From positions 3,136,001-3,200,000 of the forward strand of contig CBDCNP010000002.1 of NCBI GenBank assembly GCA_965219415.1: a stretch of 64,000 nt of DNA. The letters are read 5' to 3'. Shown piece after piece: positions 11,664 through 20,825 of the stretch (position 1 is the first letter of the stretch; every line of letters begins with the position of its first letter). The translations under genes were made by a program, and so were the position numbers. The notes beneath the pieces are model-generated. The model had not been told where the DNA came from. It saw nothing but the letters and a program-made list of their open reading frames with translations, and did not search any database. This DNA comes from Candidatus Marinacidobacterales bacterium. Lineage in GTDB: Bacteria; Acidobacteriota; Vicinamibacteria; Marinacidobacterales; DATDRI01.

Positions 11664-11690
11664 ATGAGCTTGAAAGTCAAAGAGCGGTGA
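11664..11690 (+). pseudogene. 8-codon ORF MSLKVKER*, probable 5' stub of a deleted gene (STAS anti-anti-sigma-like start)
   Basis: Strong RBS and sigma-54 promoter. The ORF stops 3 nt before the stop codon of the convergent ggt gene. The STAS resemblance is from memory only. Confidence 0.4.
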
Positions 11691-11693
11691 CGC

Positions 11694-13544
11694 TCAGAAA
11701 CCCATGGCCGAGGTCTCGCGCCGCACGTCGCCGGCGGCAATGAGAACTCCGGTCTCGGGATCCCGATAGGTGATCGTAGGAGAGCAGGCCTGCCAGTTCC
11801 ACCGGCCCCACGACTGCACGTCGTGTCCGCGCCTTCTCAATACCTCAACCGTGTACTCCGGGATTCGACTCTCGAGCTTCAAGACGCCTGGATTCTCGTT
11901 CTGGTCGCTCCCGGTCGATGGGAAGTTGTAGCTTCCGAAGCGGGGTTGGTCGAGGGCCTGCTCGGGCGACAATCCCCAGACCACGACATTCAAGAACACT
12001 TGCAGGAGTGACTGCGCCTGTTGATCGCCGCCGGGCGTGGAAAGCCCCATGAAGGGCTTTCCGTCCTTCATTATTAGGAAGGGGGTATTGGTGTTGCGGG
12101 GCCGTTTTCCCGGTGCGACGACGTTGGCGAGCGCGGGATCGAGATCGAATTGGCCCATGCGGTTGCTGAGCCCAAAGCCCCAACCAGGAACCATAGGGGT
12201 CATCATGTGGCCGTCGCTCTCGGTCATGGAGAAGACGTTCCCCTCGCCATCCATCACGTTCAGGGAAGAGGTGTCGAGAACCAGCGTCGATTCGCCGGCT
12301 ACTCCCGCGAAGCTCCGTGCCGAATCGGTCGCCCGGCCCTCCATCGATTCGGGATCGCCCCATGGGGGCATGTCCTTGAAAGCCTTTCCCATGTCGATGA
12401 GCCTTGCCCGCTCCCGCCCGTAGGCCTTCGAGTAGAGGGCGGTGGGTGTGTCGTTGACGTCAGGGTCCCCCACGTACTTGTAGCTATCGGCCATCGCCAG
12501 GTTAATGACTTGAGAAAGCACATGAATATAGTCGGCGGAGTTGTAACCTAGGGATTCGAGATCGAAGCCCTCGAGCATGTTCAGCATCAAGATGAGCCGC
12601 GGTCCCTGAGACCAGCCGTCGCAGGCGTACACGTCGTAGCCCATGAACGTCGTGTGGAGAGGAGCCATCCACTTTCCTTCGTATCCGGCGAGATCCTGGT
12701 AAGTCAAAATGCCGTCGTTCTCGGCGTAAAACTTCGCTGCGGCGCGCGCCGCGTCACCTTTATAGAAAGCATCTCTCGCCGCACGAATCCCGGTTGACCG
12801 ATCTCCTCCTCGGGCAAGCACTTTCTTTTCGGCCTCGATCATCAATCTCATGACGCGGCCGAGGTCGCGGTTCACCATCAGATCGCCTAAACGCTCGTTG
12901 CCGACGCCACGCGGAAACCAAAACTTCACGTTGTAAGGGTATTTGAGGAGATCTTCCCCCATCCACGTGAGCATCCATTTCTGCATCTTGTAGAGGTGGT
13001 ACCCCTCCTCGGCGATCTTGAGCGCGGGCTCGACCGCCTCGGTAAAGCTGATCGTTCCAAACCGGTCGAGTGCCGCGAGCCAGACATCGACGTCGGCCGG
13101 TATGAGTGCGGTATTGAAATTGTTTTTCCCGACCTCCTGGAAGTACTCGAGCGTTGCCTTCGCCGGGGCGGTGCCGGCCCCCACGCGCGTGATCACCGCG
13201 TCCTCGGAGGCGGTGTAGATAACGAGAGGCGCGACCCCGTTCCATCCAGCGAAACCCATCTTGGTGACCTTGAGAGCCATCGCCGCGGTCACGCCAGCAT
13301 CGAAGGCGTTCCCGCCGCTTCGAAGTGCTTCGATACCGGCCAGCGTCGCCAAGTGGTGTCCAGTGGCAAGAACACCGTGGCTCCCCATGATCCGGGGTCG
13401 CATCGACTCGAAGTTATTTCCATCGTAGACGTGCCCATAGCTGGCGAAAGGCGATACGCGATCCATGGCGGTGGGGTCATTCGATTGAGAAGCGAGGAGC
13501 GATGTGACTCCAAGGAAGACAAAGACCGGCAGAATTCGTTTCAT
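11694..13544 (-). CDS. ggt: Gamma-glutamyltransferase family (Ntn hydrolase), secreted
   Basis: GGNAFDAGV, autoprocessing DT (LDTSSLNVMDGEGN), PGKRPRNT, TPGGDQQ, AAGDVRR. Confidence 0.93.
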   Translation of the reverse strand: MKRILPVFVFLGVTSLLASQSNDPTAMDRVSPFASYGHVYDGNNFESMRPRIMGSHGVLATGHHLATLAGIEALRSGGNAFDAGVTAAMALKVTKMGFAGWNGVAPLVIYTASEDAVITRVGAGTAPAKATLEYFQEVGKNNFNTALIPADVDVWLAALDRFGTISFTEAVEPALKIAEEGYHLYKMQKWMLTWMGEDLLKYPYNVKFWFPRGVGNERLGDLMVNRDLGRVMRLMIEAEKKVLARGGDRSTGIRAARDAFYKGDAARAAAKFYAENDGILTYQDLAGYEGKWMAPLHTTFMGYDVYACDGWSQGPRLILMLNMLEGFDLESLGYNSADYIHVLSQVINLAMADSYKYVGDPDVNDTPTALYSKAYGRERARLIDMGKAFKDMPPWGDPESMEGRATDSARSFAGVAGESTLVLDTSSLNVMDGEGNVFSMTESDGHMMTPMVPGWGFGLSNRMGQFDLDPALANVVAPGKRPRNTNTPFLIMKDGKPFMGLSTPGGDQQAQSLLQVFLNVVVWGLSPEQALDQPRFGSYNFPSTGSDQNENPGVLKLESRIPEYTVEVLRRRGHDVQSWGRWNWQACSPTITYRDPETGVLIAAGDVRRETSAMGF

Positions 13545-13556
13545 GTTTTTCTCCGC

Positions 13557-13900
13557 TTAGGAACCCAGGCTGAACTTCTGGCGAAACCGCATCTGCACAC
13601 GAACCTTGACGCCGTCTTTTTCCGCCGGCTCGTATCGCCAATCGGTAATGGCATCGAGTACGGCTTTGTCGAGAACCGGACTCGCAGACTCGACGATGCG
13701 GATGTCGATGGGGATTCCCTCCTCGGTCACGATGAACTCGGCCACGACGCGACCCTGCTGTCTCATCTTGCGCGCCACCGGCGGGTACGAAGGAGGACGA
13801 CCGGAGACTCTCTTCGGGGCCTTGTCGTCTGGCCCGAGCGTGACGAGCTGTCCTTTGGTCGGCGGCGTCACGGCTTCCGGGGCTTGGTTCGCTTGAGTGA
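13557..13900 (-). pseudogene. TonB C-terminal domain without recognisable N-terminus
   Basis: PSYPPVARKMRQQGRVVAEFIVTEEG..LDKAVLDAI..WRYEPAEKDG. There is no credible start or membrane anchor before the divergent gene's upstream region. Confidence 0.7.
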
Positions 13901-14010
13901 AAAGGTGGTTGGTGGCCCTAGGCTCACCCCCGGCACGTCGGAAAGAATACACCCGCTGCCCCGGACGTTGCAAGCACCGCACGTGGTATGGTCGGCCCGG
14001 AGAGTCGAAA

Positions 14011-15522
14011 ATGAAAAAAACCGCGTGTACAGGAGGAATCTCGTCCGTCCTGCTTCTTGTTCTTGCCACCGGGTTGACCGCTGACCGAGTCCGAGCACAG
14101 GAGCTACCGGACCTTCAAGGACCTCCTTACAGACCGACGAGGCCAATCGCCATCATCGGAGGGCTTTTCATCGATGGCACCGGCCGAACCCCGCAGCACG
14201 ATCAGGCTGTTCTCATTGCGGGCGAACGGATCGATTGGGTTGGCCCCATGGAAGACATCCAGATTCCGGAAGGTGCCGAAGTCATCGATTCGAAAGGCAT
14301 GACCATCATGCCCGGCCTCATCAATGGCAACGCCTATATCCAGCTACGAGCCATATACCCGGCCCCGGCCGCAGACCTCACCCTCGAGGAGTTCCAGGCT
14401 CGTTGGGAGGAGACCTGGTCCACGTGGAAGAAGCGGGCCTTCACCTGGCTGATGCGAGGTGTGACCGGTATCCGGAATACCAGCGGCCCTCTAAGTAAGG
14501 TGCGCGCGTGGAAGCACGCCATCGAGAGGGGAGAGGTCGCGGGGCCTCGCGTCTATTTGGGAGGGACCCTCATATTCAGCGAGCCCCACTTCAAGTTCTG
14601 GACACGAAACACTCCCGACCCAGCCGCCGTCGAATGGATGCGGAACGATTTCGCCTTCACCGTGGTGAGTGACGTGGACAAAGACACCGCCACGCTCGTG
14701 GCAGACGATATCGATTACTGGAAGTTCTACTTCTCGAACGAAACCTGGGACGGCAAGAACGATTTCTCGGACGAAGAAGTGAAGTCAATCATCGATAAAG
14801 CCCACAAGAACGGGATTCGCATCGATGCTCACACTGGCGTTCACATGCGCCGAGCTGTGGAACTGGGTGTCGACACGGTACAACATCCTTTCTCGAGCCG
14901 AGAGCTGGTGGAGTGGGACATTATCCAAAACTTTGCCGACAAGGGTGTTTTCGCTTCGACCTGTCTTGCCAACGCCTTGGTTCGGGCCGGGATGACGGCC
15001 GACCCTCATCGGTTGAACGAGACCCTCTATTCAACGTCCCTCACCGCCGACGAGTATCGAACCCTCATTCGCTACCGTGACCGGATGATTTGGAACAAGA
15101 ATCATCCCGACGAGCCGATGCTACTCATCGGTGATCCCCAGCCCTTTGCCAGTCGCGGCCGGCGCACGTTTCGTGAACAGCAGGCGGGCGTGCGGATAGC
15201 CAAGGAGAACATGCGACGTTTCATCAAGGCAGGAGTGAAGTTTTTCATGGCCACCGACACCGGCGCGTTCCTGAACTTTCAGCAGGACAACCCCGACGTC
15301 AACGAGATGCGATCGATGGTGGAGCTCGGCATGACACCGATGCAGGCGATCCTTTCGGCAACGCGCAACGGCGCCGAAGCGCTGGGCGTACTCGGCGAGG
15401 TGGGGACGCTCGAAGAAGGGAAGCTCGCCGACGTCATCGTGGTGCCCGGCAACCCGCTTCTCGACATGAACGTCATGAAGCGGGTTTACGTGACGATTAA
15501 GGGTGGAGTTCGGTACAAGTGA
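14011..15522 (+). CDS. Secreted amidohydrolase superfamily protein (prolidase/imidazolonepropionase-like)
   Basis: Signal peptide, GMTIMPGLI, GPRV, ATDTG, GMTPMQAILSATRNGAEALG, GTLEEGKLADVI. Confidence 0.9.
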   Translation: MKKTACTGGISSVLLLVLATGLTADRVRAQELPDLQGPPYRPTRPIAIIGGLFIDGTGRTPQHDQAVLIAGERIDWVGPMEDIQIPEGAEVIDSKGMTIMPGLINGNAYIQLRAIYPAPAADLTLEEFQARWEETWSTWKKRAFTWLMRGVTGIRNTSGPLSKVRAWKHAIERGEVAGPRVYLGGTLIFSEPHFKFWTRNTPDPAAVEWMRNDFAFTVVSDVDKDTATLVADDIDYWKFYFSNETWDGKNDFSDEEVKSIIDKAHKNGIRIDAHTGVHMRRAVELGVDTVQHPFSSRELVEWDIIQNFADKGVFASTCLANALVRAGMTADPHRLNETLYSTSLTADEYRTLIRYRDRMIWNKNHPDEPMLLIGDPQPFASRGRRTFREQQAGVRIAKENMRRFIKAGVKFFMATDTGAFLNFQQDNPDVNEMRSMVELGMTPMQAILSATRNGAEALGVLGEVGTLEEGKLADVIVVPGNPLLDMNVMKRVYVTIKGGVRYK

Positions 15523-15526
15523 GGAC

Positions 15527-17769
15527 CTAGTGCACAGGCCCCAAGTAGCGATCGAGCCAGTCGAGAGTCTCGCGGATCATCGCGTCTCGCGGAACGAAGT
15601 GTCGGGCCTCATAGAGCGCGTGTCGCTTGTGCTCGGTGGGGGGCCCGAGAGTAACTCGAACAAGGGCTTCTGAGACGTCTCGAGAGGATGCCAGGGGTCA
15701 TACCGGCCATTCAACATCAATACCGGTGCGGTCACGCGCGGAGGGAAATTGATCTGATCGACCATGGGAAGCGCTCGCTCGAACAGGAATCCCCCGCCGT
15801 AGAGCACGCCGGCCTTGATGCGGTCCTCGAGCGCCATCATCGTTGGACCCTTGAGCGCCCCCACGCTGAATCCGTAGTAGGCGACTCTATCGTCGGTATC
15901 AGCGCGTGTCTCGAGATAGTCGATCGAGCGCATCAGATCCTGGACGTTATGAATGACCCATTCTTTGTGGGCGTTCGATTCGTCGACCACATGGCCGAGG
16001 CCGTCCCCGCGCTCAAAGCTACCCGTATAGATGGGGTACATGAGTACTCGGCCACTCCTGATGATGAAATCCCAGAGCTCTCTCCACGATTGAGGCCTCG
16101 CGTCGAAAGAACGCTGCATGAACGCATAGGCCCCGGGGTAAAAAACGACCGTCTGATATGGGGGCTTCACGCTCTGCGGTAGATAGAGGTAGGCAGTCAT
16201 CCGCTCCTCCCCATAGGCGGTATCGAAGGAGACCCTTTGTCTTACCCAATCCCTCTCGTCTTCCTCTTCAACGGTGAGCGCTCCGACCGGACCGAGGAGC
16301 TCCCAAAGAAACTCCATTCCAGTTGGAATAACACGGCCTTCAGCGTCGGTGCCCCGAGCCCGCACGCGTTTCGTCGCACGACACTCCATCAGAACCCGGG
16401 ACGGGGTGACGCGAACGGATGCCAGGGGACCGGGAGGGAAGAGCTCGGCTACCGGCGTCGAGCTCTCGCCGGCCAATGGCTCGTCAGCGGCCAATCCAGG
16501 CGGTGCCTCGGTTCCTGCTTGGTCTGCCTTTTCGTCGCCCGCGGTTCCTGGTCCGCGTTCTTCATCTTGTTGCGATCGAACCGGAAGCATGGTGTAGCGA
16601 GGCCGCTGGCGGTAGAAGTCTCGAAATGCGCGCTGTAGATCTCGGATCAGTTGTCGATCGAGCTGTTCGGCCCGCTCCCTCTCCCTTGCTTCGAGTAGCT
16701 CCGTGAGTCGGGACTCGACCTCGACCAGTACCTTGGCGAACGCGCCCGCCGCTTCGTCGGGCACGACGCCGCGCCGGCTGCCGGGGGCCACGCGAAGCGC
16801 GGGAAAGTCCACGAGCCCCGTCAAGCGACTGTCCGTCCAAGGAGCGTGATCGAGTCCAAGCGGTGCAAGCTCGTCGAACCCCTCCGCGACCAAAGTGCCG
16901 GCTGTGTACAGAGCGACTCCTCGCGGCTCGGGGCCGTTCTTTTCCTCTACTGTGAGATAGATCTCCATCTGGATGGGAGGATAGTCCTCTACCGGCAGCG
17001 GTCCGAGTCCCGCCAGACGTTCGCCGAGGAAGCGAGGTGGTTTCATGTTGATGGACTTTCGAGCCCGACCGCGAGCCATCCGATCGTCCACGACCAGATC
17101 GACGCCTCGCTCCAGTAGCTGCCCGCGCAGTTCGGAAGCCAAGTAGTCCGCGGCCCGCCGAGCGACCAAGCTGCTCATCGCCTCTCGGTGAAGCCCTACC
17201 ACCACCACTTCTGTCGAGCGCTCCTCGAAAGCCAATTTGTCCCTCAGCGGTTCAATGACGTACTGGGGCCGGTCCCGATACAGGATCAAGCGACGGGGTT
17301 TGTGACCGCGCAAGGAACTGCGTATCTCGAGCATCTCGCCCAAGCTCCAAAACCCGAGTAGTCCGATGCCATACTGCCCCTGGGTCATGAGCTCGAGTCG
17401 TTGCTGCGGAGACAGGGATTGCTTTCGACTGTGGCCGATGTGGGTGGCGATGTAACGCAGGGCATCGGGACGGTCCATCTCGGGGATAACGCCCTCGCCG
17501 TCGTCGAGAATCTTGAGACAAGGCACGCCCTTCTCCCGCAGGCGCGTGACATGAACCGAGCGGGCCCCGGCGTCCAGGCTATTTTGGACGAGCTCGGCGA
17601 GCGCCTTTCTGGGATCGGGTTGGCTGAGCGCTAGCCAGCGGATGAGCCCAAAGGGGTCGTGGACTCGGAGGCGTCCCTTCTCGACGTCTCGTCCAGTCTT
17701 GGCGCGACGTCTACTACGTCGCCGTGCAGATGATTTCGAAAGGCCTTCGGAAGAACTTGACACGCGCAA
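15527..17769 (-). CDS. GHKL (HSP90/MORC-like) ATPase fused at ~16275 to an alpha/beta-hydrolase domain
   Basis: ELVQNSLDA, DDGEG, IGHSRK and GQYGIG in the N-terminus. The C-terminus has AYLYLP, YYGFSVG and NGRYD. Fixing the run at ~15640 gives ..ARHFVPR..LDWLDRYLGPVH* ending at 15527. Confidence 0.75.
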
Positions 17770-17850
17770 ACATTAACACATGCTAGTCGGAACGCTGGGG
17801 GTGTGAACTCCGTCGGGACAGGGAGGGGGGGCCGTCTCATCTGGTGTACA

Positions 17851-17878
17851 TTGTAATACACTATAGAATGTGTATAAT
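17851..17878 (+). promoter_or_regulatory. vapBC promoter with inverted-repeat operator
   Basis: TTGTAA-N16-TATAAT overlapped by ATACAC-N8-GTGTAT (17856-17875), followed by GGAGG. Confidence 0.7.
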
Positions 17879-17897
17879 GGAGGTAACGGTGGTGAGC

Positions 17898-18104
17898 ATG
17901 CGCACCAACATCGAGCTCGACGACGATCTGATCGAGGAGGCCCGGCGGCTGACCGGCATCAAGACCAAGCGGGAGCTCGTCCAGGAAGCGCTCATAACGC
18001 TCATCGAACATCGAAAGCGTAAGAACCTGCTCGATCTCGCGGGCAAGATCGAGTTCGCACCCGGGTATGACTACCAGGCCCTTCGTCGCGAGAGGAAGAG
18101 ATGA
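17898..18104 (+). CDS. vapB: VapB antitoxin (DUF2191-like)
   Basis: MRTNIELDDDLIEEARRLTGIKTKRELVQEAL. ATGA overlap with the toxin gene. Confidence 0.92.
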   Translation: MRTNIELDDDLIEEARRLTGIKTKRELVQEALITLIEHRKRKNLLDLAGKIEFAPGYDYQALRRERKR

Positions 18105-18502
18105 TCGTCGTGGACTCGTCCGTTCTCGTGGACTTCTTTCGCGGACGGCCAACCGCGGCGGTGAAACGGCTCCATCAAGTGGAGAAAGACGACATCCCTT
18201 TTTACCTGCCCGTGATCTGTTGCCAAGAGCTGTTGCAGGGCGCCAAAGACATGCGGGAGTGGAAACTTCTTGAAACTTACCTTGGTAGCCAGCGAATGCT
18301 AGCTCCGGGCGATCCCTGGACGACTCATCGCGGGGCGGCGCGCATCTTTTTCGACTGTCGTCGGAAAGGGATAACCGTACGAAGCTCTATCGATTGTCTT
18401 ATCGCGCAGCTGGCGCTCGAGCATGACGCTACGCTGCTTCACGATGATGACGACTTCGAGCGGATCCGAAAGGTGAGGCGGTTGAGGACGCAGCGGAATT
18501 AG
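18101..18502 (+). CDS. vapC: VapC PIN-domain toxin
   Basis: MIVVDSSVLVD, ELLQG, DCLIAQLA, LLHDDDDF. Confidence 0.93.
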   Translation: MIVVDSSVLVDFFRGRPTAAVKRLHQVEKDDIPFYLPVICCQELLQGAKDMREWKLLETYLGSQRMLAPGDPWTTHRGAARIFFDCRRKGITVRSSIDCLIAQLALEHDATLLHDDDDFERIRKVRRLRTQRN

Positions 18503-18515
18503 TCGCACTTTCACT

Positions 18516-20033
18516 TCAGATCGGCGGCGGCTGCCACCCTCCCAACTCCTTCTCCAAGAACTGGGCCGTGGCCAGCACCGTGTCCTCCCGCCAGGGACGG
18601 CCGACAACTTGGACTCCGATGGGCAAGCCCTCAGGTGAAGTCCCGGCGCGAACCACCGCGGCGGGCCAACCGGTGATGTTGAATACCGAGGTATAGGTAT
18701 CCGGCACGAAACCGTCGACCGAGAGGGACCGCGCCACCATTTCATCCAACGCGCCGTGAAGGAACGCGGGGAATGGAGCGACCGGGCAGACGATCAGGTC
18801 GTAGTGCTCCATGAATCGCAACATCTCGCCTCGAAACTTCTGGCGTGCGATGAGCTTTTCGCCGGCTTCGCGAAGCGATAATGTGGAATTCCGTCCGCCC
18901 TCGACCTGTAACTGGATCGGCGGCGAGAGTCGTTCGGTGCCCGCCTTTTCGATCGAGCGGGCTAGCGACGCCCCTCCGTCCGAGTACCCGCTCAGGTCAC
19001 GCAATCGGTCGAGCGCTTCCGGACGTCGCTCCTCGACTTTCACGCCCTTCCCCGACAGGGATTCGACGGCGCGCGTGACTGCCACTTTGGTCGCAGGCGT
19101 AGGGGGGAAAGAGGACAGCACACCATCTTCTTGGTAATAAGCCGCGCGCAATTGTCGTAAATCGATCGCCGCCGGGTCGGGGAGCGGCACGGGGATCACG
19201 TCGGGATCTTGCCCATCCGCACCCGAGATGATGGGCAACGCGAGGATCAAGTCTTCGACGTATCTGGCAATGGGCCCAATGGTGGTTTCGTACGAGGCCA
19301 GCCCCGCATCGAACGAGATAAAGTGTCCGGTCCGGGGTACCCGTCCGTTGGTAGGTTTCAGTCCCGCGATGCCGCAGAAATGAGACGGCCATCGAATGCT
19401 ACCGCCGGTGTCGCTCCCCAGATCTAACGGTGAACCGGCAGCCGCCACGATCGCTGCCGCGCCCCCACTACTTCCACCGGGGCTACGAGAAAGGTCGTAG
19501 GGATTGCTGGTCTTCCCGTACACCAGGTTGTCGGTTTCACCCCAGTGAGTAAACTCGGGAGTGTTTGTCTTCCCCAACAGGATGGCTCCCGCGTCCCTCA
19601 TGCGCGCCACTACCGTGGCGTCGGACGGCGGGACATAGTTTCTTCTTCCCGAGGTGCCTGCGGTACTGATCACTCCGGTGGTGTCTAGCGAATCCTTCAG
19701 CGTCATCGGCACGCCGTGCAGCGGACCCCTTATCTCTCCACGCGCCAAATCGGCGTCCGCTCGTCGCGCTTCATCGAGAGCTCGGTCAGGCACGAGCTGT
19801 ACGACCGCGTTCAGCTTGGTGTTGACCTCTTCAATGCGATCCAGGTATGCCCGGACAACCTCCACCGAAGAGACTTGTTTCGTTCTGATCGCGTTGGCCA
19901 ACGACGAGGCGGAGGAATGGATCAGGGGGTCACGAAGGGAAACCGGAGACCAGGCCGAGGCCAGAGGCAAGACCGCGGCGCTTCCGAGGAGAGAGAGCAT
20001 CTCTCGCCGGGAGAGAGTGTTTTTTTCGAACAA
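18516..20033 (-). CDS. Amidase signature family enzyme with Tat-like signal
   Basis: SRREML, GPLHGVPMTLKD, GKTNTPE, PGGSSGG, GSDTGGSIR. Confidence 0.95.
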   Translation of the reverse strand: MFEKNTLSRREMLSLLGSAAVLPLASAWSPVSLRDPLIHSSASSLANAIRTKQVSSVEVVRAYLDRIEEVNTKLNAVVQLVPDRALDEARRADADLARGEIRGPLHGVPMTLKDSLDTTGVISTAGTSGRRNYVPPSDATVVARMRDAGAILLGKTNTPEFTHWGETDNLVYGKTSNPYDLSRSPGGSSGGAAAIVAAAGSPLDLGSDTGGSIRWPSHFCGIAGLKPTNGRVPRTGHFISFDAGLASYETTIGPIARYVEDLILALPIISGADGQDPDVIPVPLPDPAAIDLRQLRAAYYQEDGVLSSFPPTPATKVAVTRAVESLSGKGVKVEERRPEALDRLRDLSGYSDGGASLARSIEKAGTERLSPPIQLQVEGGRNSTLSLREAGEKLIARQKFRGEMLRFMEHYDLIVCPVAPFPAFLHGALDEMVARSLSVDGFVPDTYTSVFNITGWPAAVVRAGTSPEGLPIGVQVVGRPWREDTVLATAQFLEKELGGWQPPPI

Positions 20034-20035
20034 GT

Positions 20036-20770
20036 CTATATCCCCCAGGCGCCGCTCACCTGGACATTCGCCCCATTGATATACCGGGCGTCGTCCGAGA
20101 GAAGATAACGGACCAAGCCCACCACGTCCCCAGGCTTACCGATGTATCCTGCCGGAATCTTCTTGGCCATGGACTCGAGCTCCTCGGGCGGGGCGCTTCC
20201 GGAGTCGATGAACCCGGGCGAGATCGCGTTGACGGTAATGCCGTGAGGGGCGAGCAGGCGCGCCAAAGACCGAGTGAAGATGAGCACCCCCACTTTGGAA
20301 ATGTAGTGCGCCGTCAGATGCGGTTGCGCTAGGAGGCGGTCGGCGTTGGCCATGCTGAAGCTGATAATCCGTCCCCACTTGCGCTCTTTCATGCCCGCGG
20401 CCACGGCACGACCGAGATAGAACAACGGGTGCAAGTTATTATCGAACATCGAGTGCCAGTCCTCGATACTCACTTCCAACAAGTTCTTTCGCTGGTACGG
20501 GCCGGCGCCGTTGACGAGCGCGTCGATGCGTCCCCATTCATGTTCGACCTGGCGCACGATACCCTCGGCGGCCGCAGGATCGGATACATCACATTGTGCT
20601 TCTAGCGCACGGCCTCCATTCTTTTCGATCTGCGCCTTGGTCTCCTCCGCTTCTTTCGCGCTGGTCCGGTAGCAGATCGCTACCGACCACCCCTGGGTGG
20701 CCAGGTCCAAGGCGACGGCCTGTCCGATTCCGCGCGCGCCACCAGTGATCAATGCAACTCGCTCGCTCAT
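20036..20770 (-). CDS. Short-chain dehydrogenase/reductase (FabG/FolM-like)
   Basis: TGGARGIG, LVNGAG, YISK, VNAISPG. Confidence 0.93.
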   Translation of the reverse strand: MSERVALITGGARGIGQAVALDLATQGWSVAICYRTSAKEAEETKAQIEKNGGRALEAQCDVSDPAAAEGIVRQVEHEWGRIDALVNGAGPYQRKNLLEVSIEDWHSMFDNNLHPLFYLGRAVAAGMKERKWGRIISFSMANADRLLAQPHLTAHYISKVGVLIFTRSLARLLAPHGITVNAISPGFIDSGSAPPEELESMAKKIPAGYIGKPGDVVGLVRYLLSDDARYINGANVQVSGAWGI

Positions 20771-20825
20771 GGCCGGAGTTTAACATCCCGACGTCGTCTT
20801 GCGCGGGGTGGGGTGAGGCGTCACA

